Positions 13,950 through 27,660 of a DNA stretch of 64,000 nucleotides are shown here, one piece after another; position 1 is the stretch's first letter, and every line of letters starts with the position of its first letter. The notes under the pieces were generated by a model. It was not told where the DNA came from, searched no databases, and worked only from the letters and a program-made list of their open reading frames with translations. This DNA is from Octopus sinensis. Taxonomy: Eukaryota. The position numbers and the translations under genes are program-made. The stretch covers positions 78,120,001 to 78,184,000 of the forward strand of contig NC_043001.1 in the NCBI RefSeq assembly GCF_006345805.1. The letters run 5' to 3'.

Positions 13950-15075
13950 ATACACGGTGGGGAAGCACAACTTGTAAAATAATAGATAATTCACCAAATT
14001 GCTTATTTTACAACAACCAGCTGTCTGTTTATAGGGGTATAAAGAGGCAGCTTATACAATATGTCCTCCTTGATTGTCCACCACAGCCTTCACACGCCAC
14101 CTGATGATGTCACAACTCTTCATGAGGAAGTAATCAGACATTTTGCCACACCATTCCCTCGGGTCAACATTGGATGCGAATTTCTCTTGATAGGGTGCTT
14201 CAGTTTGCCCCGTATGGCATGGTCCAGGGGGTTCAAGTCTGGACTAGAAGAAGGCCAGAAATCGGCAGACAAAAGGTCGGTGGGGTTATCTTTGGAGAAT
14301 TTCTGCACATTCTTCGCGGTGTGAGCAGAAGCGCCATCTTAGGTGCACACATAATTACCATTAGGATAGTTAGACTCCAGGCAAGGTAAAACCTTATGCC
14401 GCAGGACTTTACATTAAACTTCAGTCCTCACCTTTTCCCCAGACTTGAGAAAATAGAGAGGCATCTTTTTCCCGTTAGACGCCATGAACATGAGCACCAT
14501 GACTTGAGATGGGTGTTTGGTCCTGAAAACACCTTTTACTTCAGAAGGTGACTTAGTAATGTATCAATCATTGCGACGGTTTAAAACAACATAAACGGTA
14601 AAAGCTTTTTCATCTGAAAAGATTTTTAAGGTTTGTCCATTGTGCTTCAGATATCACAACAGTTACTGACCTTTTCATTCCTTTTGGCTTTCATTGCATG
14701 GGTAGATAGGTGTCTCGGGGTTCTCACATATGACCCCACCAGAAAATCAGTGTGTACCGCATTTCTGCTGGCCTCTCGATAAAACTTCATGTCCCTGGAC
14801 AGTTTTTTTCTCGTGTATGTTGTTTTGTCTTCCGAAATTTTGGCTTTGAGAGATTTAAGAAATGCCTTATCCCGTTTTTTATTTATGCCTCCACTTCCTT
14901 GCTTTCTCTTGAGGCCTCCCATATTCAGCATTCAGTTCTTAACGTTCCAGACAGTGCGCACAAAGGTCTCACAAGTCTCAGCAATAAGTCTAATTGCAAC
15001 CCTTGCACGAAATAAACCTGCAATGCATTGTTTCTTGGCTTCTCGAGTAGACATGCAAGATCGCATGGCTGTACG
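13950..15075 (-). mobile_element. Decayed maT (DD37D) Tc1/mariner transposon
   Basis: Minus strand gives SDEKAF..RTKHPSQVMV..DGASAHTAKNVQKF..FWPSSSPDLNPLD, with 37 residues between the second and third Asp; internal stops; ends approximate. Confidence 0.85.
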
Positions 15076-15214
15076 TCTAGCTATCCATCTAAGTATGTAT
15101 GTATGTATGTATGTATGTATGTATGTATGTATGTATGTATCTATCTATCTATCTATCTCTCTCTCTCTCTCTATATATATATATAATATATATATATATA
15201 TTTAATATATAATA

Positions 15215-15814
15215 TACGGGGTTCCCGGACTAGTCCTGTAGCGCATCAACTGGTGGCCGTACACGGTCGCAGGCGCATTGAGAGCTAGCAGTGACCTGCA
15301 TGAGCAAGTGCGCCGAGTGTCATTACTTTACTTAATTCGCAAGTTGTTAAATTAGGCAACGAGAATCCATCCCGCGGGGCCAGACTGTCAATTGAGATTT
15401 CCATAATGACATTTTGAAGCGACTGGATTTGTGGAGTGTTAAGAATTGGATGCTTCACCGAGTCCTCCCAACTCGTACGTTACTCGCCAAAAACAGCACA
15501 GTGTCACTGCTGCACCTTTCCTATTCGCCAGAGTTAGTTCCTGCGAACTTCCATCTCTTCCCCAAAAGAAAGATGCTGCTCAAATTTCGTCGTTTAAACA
15601 CCGTTGTCAAGATCCAGAGCGAATCGCAGAAGGTCGTCAACTCGTTTACGGACAATGACTTCCAGGTCGGATTCCAAAAGTAGCAGGGACGTTAGGACCG
15701 GTGAATTGCTGCGCAAGGTAACTATTTCGAAGGATTTGATGTTAAAACTTAGGTAAATAAGCTATCTTTTTATTACTTATGTCTAGTCCAGGAATCTCTT
15801 GATACCACCTAGTA
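15215..15814 (+). mobile_element. Internally deleted mariner (DD34D) element
   Basis: YSPELVPANFHLFPK (YSPDLAP-type motif) and a QGNYFEG-type C-terminus; inverted termini gttcccggactag / ctagtccaggaat. Confidence 0.8.
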
Positions 15815-15871
15815 TATTTACATGGATGCATATACACATACATACATGTCTCTCTCTCTTTCTATATATAT

Positions 15872-15914
<43 letters not shown>

Positions 15915-16057
15915 GAAATTCACAGGTACAATGTGGGAAAAATTGACTGAGATTTGCAAATACAAATGTACATATATACATATATGCATAGATACATCCA
16001 CATGCACATATATACATACAAACAGAGACATGGAAAGTACGCATATGCATGCATATA

Positions 16058-16090
<33 letters not shown>

Positions 16091-16489
16091 CTGCTTGTGT
16101 GTGTGTGTGTATGTGGGTGGCTGTATACAGACACACACACATATATATGTTTTAGGTATATACATGTATATATATATATATTCATATATGCACAAAGTTA
16201 TACATTCATACATCCAATATATAAATTCTTCTACATAAAAGAGATACAGTCAGACAAAACCCAAAAGGAATGAAAGAAATGTGAGCATCAGTGGTATTTG
16301 AACTCAGAATGTATAGATAGACAGGCGAAATGCTAGTCTATCTATAATATCAACTCACCGCCTGAAGGAATATAGAATAGTAAAAAAGTAAACACAAAGA
16401 AAATAGAAATAATTTCCAAGAAAACAGATTTGTTAATATTAGCTTTCATAAAAGAAACCAAAAGTCTCTACTCTTGTAGTATTCAGCAT

Positions 16490-16580
16490 TTATTACCTAC
16501 GCCTTAGCAAAGGTGGAGATATTGTTTTCAGTCGTGTTTGTTTGTTTATTTGTCCGCGGACAAGATATCTCAAAGACTGA
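16490..16580 (+). mobile_element. Possible Helentron/DINE-like terminal fragment
   Basis: ttattacctacgccttagcaaaggtggag hairpin followed by a (GTTT)n-type tract; pattern recognition only. Confidence 0.35.
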
Positions 16581-17414
16581 CGACAACACATTATTCACGT
16601 ATATAGAATGAATTGTTGCCGTTGATTTTGGTATTTTTTCTATTTTAATTCCAAGGAGTAAACTATTACTTTTGCTGTTACTACCAACGCTACCAACGTA
16701 GGACAGTTTCCAAATAGATATCGAATCTAAATTAAAAAGAGTTTCTAATTTAGGCACAATACCATTAATTTTGTGGGAGGGGGCTAAACATTTACGTCAG
16801 GCAAAATATGTGAGTGATATTTTATTTTATGTCCTCAAGGAATAATTCAACCTCTGTAGGAATTGAACTCATTGTGAAAGAGCCGGAAGAAATACAATAA
16901 AGAATTTTCTTTAATGCTCTAATGATTTTATATGGCCCACTCCCATATTTGTTCGTGAAATGTTATCATCAGCGATGTTTTGAGATTTGCAGTTAAATAT
17001 TTGTAAAAAAATAATGAAAGTGAATTCCACATTCAGAATTGCAAAAGAGAGAAAATCCCATCGTTTGTCTACTCCTTTATCTTTTATGTTATGGTCATTC
17101 TTCCCTAGTATCTGCCAGTGCTACTTTAATTTATACGCTGCGCTTAAACAACTAAATAAATAAATAAAAATGTATGCCATACTTTATGATTTTGATTCGG
17201 CAGCGAACCAAAGACTTCGTCAACATTGAGAGTATCTTGATCAAATCGGTTTGGAAGATCACAAACCCACAGTCTAGGTTACTCTGGCATCAAAGTTTGA
17301 GCACAGCACTGCAAGGTAATAGTTTATTCGTGAAACGTACATTGTGCCCCAGAGTGGTAATATTTACTGTCAATGGGGGAATTGCATTTACCTCAAGTTA
17401 ATTCATTTTGTAAA

Positions 17415-17530
17415 GACGGCGAGCTGGCAGAATCGTTAGCTGATAAATGGGTCAAACTGATTCACGGTTTTCCTTCTAGCTCTTTCCATTCTGATTTTAA
17501 ATCTTCTTTGGTTTCTATTACTTTGGGATC
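17415..17530 (+). mobile_element. Degenerate SINE family B
   Basis: ggcgagctggcagaatcgttagc head and gggatcgataaattaa motif. Confidence 0.65.
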
Positions 17531-18415
17531 GATAAATTAACCCTTAAACGGCCTCAAAGAATTGCATGATAGTTTGTGCCAAACACGTAAAACACAAAAG
17601 CTGTTTCTTACGAGATATTTTTACACTGACTTTGATTTTAAATAAATGCAAGAACTATGATTAGTCTTTCGCACAATAAAATTTACAATTTTATTTTTGT
17701 AAATGCCGTACTGTATTCAAATTTTTTTAGATGAGAGTATCTATCTAAAAACAAATGAAGTATCAATTGATGATGTTCATCATTTAAGGTTTAAAGTACG
17801 TGTCAGTTACTGGGGTGAATGTAATCGACTCCTTCTTTCGCGATTGATGGCGTTGAACCCTGCAATGGGCCGGCGTCCTCGTCATTTATAGGCCATAGAA
17901 ACTGTGTAACCTATGAGTCCTAGGACTGAAGAAACATTAAAACAATGAGTTGGCAACAAAAGGATGAGTTTCTACCATCGTAATAATGCTAATAGACTGT
18001 CAACTACTTTTCCTGTACTCAATTCAATAAGGTATTCTTTAATAATGTAAGTAATGAATATTACTATTAAATAGGAGACAGCAAGATGGATGTCGGTGAA
18101 TATTTAGAGAAGATGCCTTCCTCACATGCCGTAAGGTGAAACGATTTCAACTGCCTGCTTTTCCTTTACTCTGTTGCTTTGAGATATTTACAAGTCAGCA
18201 TATACAAAGACGTACATTCAGTTTTATTTTCTCCTTAAATATATAGATTTTAGTCTCATTCCGATAAGAAAAATCTGGCAGATGAAAACTTGCCAGGTAC
18301 CTCACCGCGACCAGTCCTTCATGCTTGAAGATATAGCAGCTAAACCTTTCTCATGTAAGGATAAAAAATGAAATGAAAATTTCTTAAATATAATGAGTAA
18401 TTGAAGGACCTAAAT

Positions 18416-18786
18416 CAGGGATTCTCAACCATTTTTTAAATCTATGGACCACTTTGATTACTATTTTATTCTGGTGGATCTCCCCCATAGCTATTCACTG
18501 TTTAAAAACTGGTTTTCTAGAAACTTCTTTCAAAATTCCTATTTTGTTTTTTTGTTTTGTTTGTTTTTTCAAACATTAACGCATGTAGATTGTACTATGT
18601 AAAATGTTACAGAAAGACACCTGTTTATTGCAATACATACCAATACACACATCTAAAGTAAATTTTTTCAGAGGCACTTAAAATAATTTTATGGATCCCC
18701 AATTCACTATTTTTATGGGACTCCTCACACCCGAAAATCTTATATGGGCCCTCAGGGCCCATGTAAACTCAAGTTGAGAATTATTG
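18416..18786. mobile_element. hAT (Charlie-like) MITE
   Basis: TIRs cagggattctcaac / gttgagaattattg with 8-bp flanks acctaaat / ttctaaat, typical of the nTCTAAAn TSD. Confidence 0.7.
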
Positions 18787-19872
18787 TTCTAAATAATCAC
18801 TGGAATTGCTTAAATACTCCTATCCTCTTCATCTCATAAGTAGTTGTCTGAGAAAACGAAAGGGGAGAGGAAGAGAAAGAAAGAAAGAGAGAGAGATAGG
18901 TAGAGAGAGAGTGTGTATTAGAGAGAGACTGAAACAAAGGGAGGAGAGTGAGAGAATGAATTTAGATAGTGACGTCATGATATGCAGTGCCCAAAAGATA
19001 GATGATATGGTCATAGGAAGAACGTTTTCTGATCTTAGGGCTGCTCAGACAGTTCCGTCCTTGGGTTAAATAGTAACAACATAAACCACTGCAACAACAG
19101 CGGCAACAACAACATGAATAGAAAATGGTCATAGTTGAGATGTCTTTGATCACATGTCTGCACGATCAGAGGTGACATGGGGTTAAGCAACAACATCACC
19201 TCCACTTCTACCACTACTGCTACTACTACATCACCAACAACAGCATCAACAATCGGTGGTCTTGTGACTAATGAAGTAAAGAAATTAAGGCTGCCATAAA
19301 TAATTGTTCGGTACCGAAAATGAAAACGAAAAGTTGGTGAAAGAAGAGAGAACATGAGAGTTAAAGCGCGAAAATAACGTTTTTTGACAGAAGGATGTAA
19401 GTGACAGCTTAATTCTAGTAAATAGAAAACTGTTCTCTCCGTTTCACTTTTAGTGAAGGTGGATTAATTGAAATAAAGAGAAAAAAACATATAAAACCAT
19501 AAGAAAGGAATAAGCAGTAACTATAGCCGGAATGTAGTTAAAATGATTAATGACTGAATAATATTTCAAAGAAGGTAATTAAAGTGTCAATTTCAAATTT
19601 TTCATTCAGATTAAAAAAAAAATATATTAATTTTTTTTTTCATCTGACAAAAATAAATTGATTTCTACGTTGGGCATATATTATCATATTTAAGTCAAAT
19701 AGTTTAGTAGATAAAGTGTGGAGGTATGGCAGTCAGTTTATAATTCACAGTGGGGTACTAGGATCAAATACATAGAAAGCGTTTCTTTCCTTTTCAAGAA
19801 TGTACATTTAACAATATACATCTATCTATCTATCTATATATCTATCTATCTATATATATATATATATATATA

Positions 19873-21117
19873 TAATAATAAGAGTAAATAATTTCTATAA
19901 AGGTTTTTAAAAAAACCACAATTATTTACTGGTAGAATTCGGTATGTAAATATAGCCGATTACCGGCAGGAACTTCTGTTAAGTCAGTATATAATTGTAT
20001 ATAAGAAAACGGGACAGGCAACAGGTTGCCTGACGGCATACCGAAAATAGAAATAGCAGTCAAGAATGCTTATTTCTATCAAAGTGGACTCCGGCACGAC
20101 AAACCCTGTAATTCACATATGCAAAACAGAAGGAATAGATATCGAAAACGAAGTCTGGTGGTTATCTGTGAACATCATGTTTCTGGATTATAAACATATT
20201 GAATATATATTTCATATATATTTTTGATATATATTTCATATACATTGCATATATATTTCACATCCTTCTTCAGCACAGCTTTCCGTTGAAATAGATTTAT
20301 CATAGATTTATCAAATGCTACGTACTCAAACCTTTGACCATGCGACATCAAAATATTTGAAGAAAGTGAGCAAAAGCTAAACCTACATAGACGTTTGAAT
20401 TCGTAATCTTCCCTCCAAAATTTTGCCATGCGCACTACAAAAATAGTTCCATAGGAAGTAGGAACTTGGCTTGTCGTAAGGGAGTGAAAAATCCAATTAG
20501 TAATATAATAATAAGAGTAAATAATTTCTATAAAGGTTTTAAAAAAACCACAATTATTTATGGTAGGAATTCGGTATGTAAATATAGCCGATTACCGGCA
20601 GGAACTTCTGTAAAGTTCAGTTATATATTGTATATAAGAAAAAGGGAACAGGCAACAGGTTGCCTGACCGCATACCGAAAAAATAGAAATAGCAGTCAAG
20701 AATGCTTATTTCTATCAAAGTGGGATCCGGGCACAACAAACCTGTATATTCACATATGCAAAACAGAAGGAATAGATATCGAAAGCGAAGTTGGTGGTTA
20801 TCTGTGACATCTCAGTTCTGGATTATAAACTATTGAATATATATTTCATATATATTTTTGATATAATTTCATATACATTGCATATATATTTCACATCCTT
20901 CTTCAGCACAGCTTTCGTTGAATATAGATTTATCATAGATTTATCAAATGCTACGTACCCAAACCTTCTGACCATGCGACATCAAAATATTTGAAGAAAG
21001 TGAGCAAAAGCTAAACCTACATAGACGTTTGAATTCGTAATTACAGGGTTTGTCGTGAATTACAGGGTTTGTCGTGCCCGGAGTCCCACTTTGATAGAAA
21101 TAAGCATTCTTGACTGC

Positions 21118-21126
<9 letters not shown>
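19873..21126. repeat. Tandem duplication (633-bp unit plus 536-bp partial copy) followed by an inverted 90-bp fragment, bounded by (TA)n
   Basis: 19873-20505 is repeated at 20506-21041; 21039-21126 is the reverse complement of about 20046-20115. Confidence 0.9.
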
Positions 21127-21175
<49 letters not shown>

Positions 21176-21369
21176 ATACATACATATATAATGTTAAATA
21201 AAATGAGACAACAAAGTTAAGGCTGTGCGAAATTTTCAGGATATTATAAAAGAAAGTTAGTCTTACAGCTGTTTCTGTAATATTAAGGATTTCACTTCAT
21301 CACGGACGATGTAAGATAGTTAGATAGGGAGAAATAGTTAATTTGGTCTTCTGGATATCAATATCTCTC

Positions 21370-21430
<61 letters not shown>

Positions 21431-21509
21431 ATGTGTGCAGATACACACACATGTATATTATTGAAAAATACCATACGGCGAAGAGCTGGTAGAATTGTTG
21501 GGACTCCGG

Positions 21510-22205
21510 ACAAAATATTTGGCGAATTTTCATCCGGCTTTACGCTCTTTGTCCAACATTTGCCGATCTCTATTTGTCTTTCATCCTTTCGGGGTCAATA
21601 AGATAATACCAACAGATCACTGGAGTCGATGTAATCGACTTGACCCCTCCCTTCTAAGTTAAGATACTTGTGCTAAAATTAGTATGTTTTATTGTTAACC
21701 CTACGAAATGCATACAAAATTAACTGACCTACAGCTTTCTGCCCGGAATATTAAAACTTTTTCACCTTTTCCCAAGCTGCAAATTTCATTTTGGTGGGTT
21801 TACAATTCCGCTTGAGTTAAGTGATGTTTAACTTAGCAAACGTCGTCTGTATTGTTGTTTTTATTAATATCTTTAGGCTCTTAACTGCCTGTGTCATCTT
21901 CTACTTGGTCAAATTGATACCACGCCGAATGCAGATCATGTACAAGCTATAGCACCGACGGTGATTAGCAATATTTCGGCGAATATTTAAGGCAGCAAGC
22001 TGGCAGAAACATTAGCGCACTGGGCAAAATGATTAGCGACATTTCATCCGTCTTTACGTCCTGAGTTCAAATTCTGTCGTGGTCGACCTTGCCTTTCATT
22101 CTTTCGGATTCGATAAAATAAGTACCAGGTGTATTAGTGAGGTCGGTGTAAGCGACTTATCCGTTGCCCCGAACTTGCTGGCCGTGTGCCAACATTTATA
22201 ACCAA
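21510..22205 (+). mobile_element. Two degenerate SINE family B copies (about 21510-21680 and 21985-22205)
   Basis: cctttcggggtc..gtcgatgtaatcgactt and ggcagcaagctggcagaaacattagc..gagttcaaattc motifs. Confidence 0.7.
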
Positions 22206-22671
22206 TATTTTGTTAATAATTGTAGCCAATTTCTCTGAATTTGTATTGAAGACACTTATGGGTGTGAAGTTGTTTGTTATTTCCGTGTTTTGTATCTTTA
22301 TCAGCAGTTTTTCCACTTCTCGGTTAAAGTGTCTTGGAAAAATCCTACTGTGTTACAAATTGTAATTGGCAGTTTTCAATGAAGAATGCGGGCATATAAC
22401 AATAAAATTGTTGGCAGTTCCGCAGATTTGCTCGTTTCACGTTCACTGCTCTCTCATCAGCGTGAGGTGATTGTAACAAACTCAGAAGATCCATCACCCA
22501 CATGGTCCATCACAATCTTCCCAGATTTGCGACAAACTATCTAAATAGGCATCGAAGAATTATGTCTCCAGTACTTCTCTCTTAGCAAACATTAATGGAG
22601 ACCACCAGTGAAAACCACATACATCTGCTCGAAATCAGGCAGTTCGAATTTGCTCTGGTCTACTTGTAATT

Positions 22672-22769
22672 TTATTCCCATACAGTTCCACCGTGCCCAC
22701 ACCCATCTAAGAATGTTGCGTTCCTCGGGTTTCTCAACGGGGAGACAACAGGAGCTTCGTCAACTAATC
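22672..22769 (-). other. Candidate terminal coding exon, (G)LVDEAPVVSPLRNPRNATFLDGCGHGGTVWE*
   Basis: Strong minus-strand acceptor tttttgttgtcttttttatag|G, a single open frame of 31 codons, and GC above background; no protein family recognised. Confidence 0.25.
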
Positions 22770-23134
22770 CTATAAAAAAGACAACAAAAAGCATGAGTCA
22801 TTGTTGCATCTATTATGACATAACCATTGCCTTTTATGTTTGTTTTTCTAATCAGTTAACATGTTTCTATTTTACTCATCTCTATTGCCACATCTTTGGT
22901 GAAGGAGTTTCATTCTGAGGTAATCTTACTTTTTAGTGACAACCACAAACTACATTTGACAACCGAACCCCTCCATTCTCATTTGATTAATTTAAAAATC
23001 CAGGTTCGGACATATTTAACTGCTAAGAAACGTAAAAATATCAAAAACAAGGACAACAATGCATTCTATATACGCGCATGAAGTGTTGTTATCAGTTCTG
23101 TAGCGTTTTACTTTTTATTGCAATCTATGAAATA

Positions 23135-23560
23135 CGGCGAGGTGGCAGAATCATTGGCATACCTGACAAAATGCTTAGCGGCATTTCATCTGTCTTTACG
23201 GTTTGAGTTCAAATTCCGCCTAGGTCGGTTTTACTTTTCATCCTTTCTGGGTCGATACCATAAGTAGAAGCAAAGTACCCTCATCATAAGTAGAAGCAAA
23301 GTCCCCTCATCACAAATTTCAGGCTTTGTTCCTATATTAGAGAAAATTATTTAAAGCAGTGAGCCAGCAAAATGGTTAGCACGCCAGGCAAAATTCATAA
23401 GGGCATTATGCCCGTCTTTAAGTCCTTAGTTCAAATTCTGCCGAGGTCACCTTTGCTTATTACCATTTCGGGGTGGATGAAATAAGTATTTGTTGAGTAC
23501 AGAGGTCAAAGAACTCAACTAGCCCCGTTCTTCCTCGCCTCAATTTCAAGCATGTTGTCT
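23135..23560 (+). mobile_element. Two adjacent SINE family B copies
   Basis: ggcgaggtggcagaatc..gagttcaaattccgcc and gagccagcaaaatggttagcacgcc..ttcaaattctgccgaggtc; the first has an internal 27-bp tandem duplication. Confidence 0.8.
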
Positions 23561-24529
23561 ATAATAGAAAGAATGGTAGCCTGCCGAGTTTATGGCTGTC
23601 GCTGATGTATTAAATTCAGTACCATAAATAAAATATTATATGCATAGAATATGAATATGAATGAGCGGGAAAATTCCAACCCCGACACAATTACAAATAT
23701 ATTTCCCATTTACACACAAATGCAACAAGAATATACAGCACGTATCTTTGGCAGTAATCTGTGTAACTAAATCTATCAAGTGATGAAATTGTGTAATGCA
23801 CTTTTGAGGAAAATATATCGCACAAAAAGTGATATGAACAGTATGTAGTTGTTTGTTTCGTGTCTTAAAAAGATTAATTTACGTCTTTATTAAAGATCTC
23901 CTTATTTAAAAAAAAAACACTCAGGTGTTTGCCACACATAAATATTTTAAGATCTCATTACAAGGTAATGTGCAAAAAGAAAAAGAAAAGCCAAAATAAA
24001 ACACCGATTAATTAATATCTTCGTAATATTTCGGAAAATATAAATCTTGGAATAACTTTCACTGACTCTAAAATAAATGGGAGAGGATTATATGAAAATA
24101 ATAATTAATTACACTGAATTCGTTCACATATATAAAGAGAAATATGATATGTTGTTCACAGGTAAGAGGAGAAATAGGGAAATGCCACTGATAATATTGA
24201 TTGTCAACACCACAGAGGTGTGTACTGAATCTTGCTTTGGCAAATCGACAAAGGTTTTCACATAGAGAACAATATTCACCAAACCAATGAGCAGAAATCT
24301 TATTAACAAATATTATTTCCTTCAGAATGAACTCAAATAGGCAAAACATCTGAATTTAGACAAATGCAAAGGTCAAGGTGTGATCTATCGAATGTTGTAC
24401 GTAAAACATTTTTTGATTAATTTAGATTTCTGAGTTGAACAAAAAATAAAATCACTTTATACTCACTAACTCTTATGTTTTGTTACCTTTCGCCAACGAA
24501 AGTACGAAGCCTGGATTATATGGCACTCC

Positions 24530-24829
24530 GTCGGTTACAAGGACGAGCATTCCAGTTGATCCGATTAACGGAACTGCTTACTCTTGAAATTAACAAGCAA
24601 GTTGCTGAGAACTCCATAAATATATTTAACCATAACGTAGTTCTCGGGGAGATTTAGCGTGATATAGAATGTTGCAAGACTAGCCCTTTGGATTATAAGT
24701 ACTACTCATTTTTTGCAAGCAGACTGGAGCAAAGTGAAATTAAGTGTATTGCTCAAAGACACAACGCGCCGCTGTCAATCGAACTAACGGACTTGCGATG
24801 GTGAGCCAATCACTAAGCCATGCGCCTTC
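24530..24829 (-). mobile_element. SINE family C
   Basis: Reverse complement of the 45587-45914 body (ctccgtcggttac..ctggagcaaagtgaaat..ctcaaagacacaacgcg..ctaagccatgcgcc). Confidence 0.8.
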
Positions 24830-25277
24830 ACAGAAAGTTTGAAATACGTGCGAATTATTTGCATACATCATTGTTTGCATATCTCTTGGCTCATATATTT
24901 AAACAAGGGTAACGTTTGGAATTTCCATAGGATTCATTTTAAAGAAGTATAACCACATTTAATCATCTTCAATAATGCTCTTCCTTCCAGACAGACAATT
25001 CCTGTGGGATAAAAAGCCCATCAACTAAACAAACCAACAAATATATTTCTTCAGTTGTACTTACCTTTTAAATTTAAATACACAAAGAAACATAACTATT
25101 GAAAATAAAATATTCAATAATTTTTTCCAGAAATTATATATAGATAATTCCATGCATGTTTTTTTCGTTCGCTGATCATGTGTATTATAACTTCCTTGAT
25201 TGTCAGCAATATTTTATATTCTCAACTTAAATATTTCAATAAATTGAAATAAAATAGTTCCTTTCTTATAAATGTAA

Positions 25278-25500
25278 GTGGAGGCGCGTGGCTTAGTGGA
25301 CAGATATGTTGAAATCATGATCCTTAGATTATGGTCTGAATTCCTGGACTGTGCGACGCGTTGCGCAAAAAAACTTTTATGTTTCTCCAGTCCACTCGAA
25401 TGAGTAATCTTGCGACAGACTGTCGTCCCGTCGAAGTGGTGGATATATATGCCATGAAAACCGGAAAACTCGCCCAATAATTCTCTAAGACTCGGGAAGG
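25278..25500 (+). mobile_element. Degenerate SINE with family C-type head
   Basis: ggcgcgtggcttagtgg..tctccagtccactc motifs. Confidence 0.6.
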
Positions 25501-26108
25501 ATATTTATCCTAACATTTTTTCATAATGTAAAAATTTTGGGAAGTTAAAATTTCTGGTGCGTGACAGGAAATATAGGTACGAAGAAGTTACAAATTCTAT
25601 TACTGTCTAGACTTCTTTCACTTGACCCGGCAAGCTAACACACTCGTTGGAGCGTCGAACAAATTGTGTCATATATTCCACTTATTTAAGTTCCAAGTTC
25701 ATATCGCGCCGAGGTCAATATATACATCCACTTCAAGCCAAATTCTTCATCCTTCAAATAAATTTCTAATGTGACATCAAAAACTCAAGAAAGTACTATT
25801 GTATTTATAAGATTCATTTTAAGATCGCACTTTAGTTACTTCCCTTAGCTGATATTATTTTAAAAATATCCATCGATAGTGTACATATTTTAATCAGTGA
25901 CATTCATGTGTCACTTTTCAAACTCAATTTTAAAATTACATATTTAAATCTGGGCCTAACACGCATAAGCGGAAGTCCGCCATGTCATACGCAATTTATT
26001 AGCTGCTAAAACAATTGCTCCTGTTCAATGTTCATTAAATAAATATAATAACCTGCATATATCTATATTTTTTCATACAAGCTGAGCACTCTCGGGATAT
26101 ATATCATA

Positions 26109-26166
<58 letters not shown>

Positions 26167-26212
26167 CATCTGTCTGTCTGTCTATCTATCTATATATCTA
26201 TCTCTCTGCCTG

Positions 26213-26273
<61 letters not shown>

Positions 26274-26469
26274 ATGTAATTTGTATATATTATACACAAG
26301 ATATATATATATATTTATCATGTGCATTATATACATATATATGTGTGTGTGTTCATGTATGTATATTATATGTATTTTCGATATATTGCATATATATATA
26401 TATATATATATATACATGCATATATATACATATAAATAATGTATTTTATATATATAATTTTATTTTCTC

Positions 26470-26626
26470 TCCTTGTTTCTCTCCTTGTTTCTTCTGCGTT
26501 TCTTTCTGTAAAAGAGCGTACGCTCGAGACGTTAAAGACTTTTTTTATTTCCCGAGCGTTCTACTAATACATTTGTTTGTTTTCTACACCACCTGACTTC
26601 GTCATTTTTTTTTTTCGTGAATTCTT

Positions 26627-26630
<4 letters not shown>
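26470..26630 (+). mobile_element. Penelope-like terminal (pLTR) fragment
   Basis: gagcgtacgctcgagacgttaaagactt..ccgagcg..ctaataca..ccacctg..cttcgtc matches the tail of the GIY-YIG-bearing element at 43.9-44.0 kb. Confidence 0.7.
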
Positions 26631-26665
<35 letters not shown>

Positions 26666-27360
26666 TAGCATATAAATCATATATACATACGAACACGCAA
26701 ACATATACATACAAAAACGCATATATAGAGGGAGTACGAGCACGGAGACATATACATCTGATACATAGAATGTAAGTTAGAAATATATATTGACGTCGAT
26801 AAACACGAATACAGGTGTGTATATGTGTGTGTGTGTATGTCTGTGAGTGTATGTATATACACATACGCACTCATATATACATGTATATACAGGTGTATAC
26901 GTATTTATGTTTAGGTTCGGGCGCACTTACGAGTATATGAATGGAATATAATATATATATAGGAAGAGAGCTATTGAAGCAATTCGGATATATAAATATC
27001 TATAAAAATTAACATGTATAACTAAATATACACATACACGCACATTTTTATACATACAGGCGTGTTCAAATATTCATTCACAGTTAACTAAAAATTTGTT
27101 AATACGCCTCTGCATTGTGCTCACGACCACGATATTAGCCGTATGTTCAAATCATTTGACGTGAGGAATTGAACGTACGAGGAGCGTACAGGCAAAAACA
27201 AATGAAAAGAATTTAATATGCCAAGAGAATTCTATGGATGTGTAGCCCATAATGCTAAGCAAGTTGAAACTTCGAAGTCATTGTCGACATTGTTATAGTT
27301 AAATAATAATGATGAGGATGAGAATGATGAAGATAATAATAATAATAATGATACTACTAC

Positions 27361-27431
<71 letters not shown>

Positions 27432-27464
27432 TAATGATAATAATAATAATTTCTACTAATTGCA

Positions 27465-27660
27465 CAAGGCCTGAAATTTTGTTGGAGAGTACAAGTCGAA
27501 TACATCGACTTCAGTGTTTCACTGGTACTTAATTTATCGATCCCGAAAGGATGAAAGGCAAAGTCGACCTCGGCGGAATTTGAACTCAGAACACAGCGAA
27601 GGGTGAAATACCGCTAGGTATTTCGACTAGCGCGCTAACGATTGTGTCAGCACGCCGCCT
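27465..27660 (-). mobile_element. SINE family B
   Basis: ggtacttaatttatcgatcccgaaaggatgaaaggcaaagtcgacctcggcggaatttgaactcagaac. Confidence 0.85.

Noticed and set aside
20161-20178. VICEHH, a THAP-like motif in the duplicated unit
   Set aside because: No upstream C-x-C or W motif in frame; could be chance
24077-24215. Plus-strand CACAG/GTAAGA splice-like site
   Set aside because: Reads equally well as donor or acceptor; no consistent exon chain
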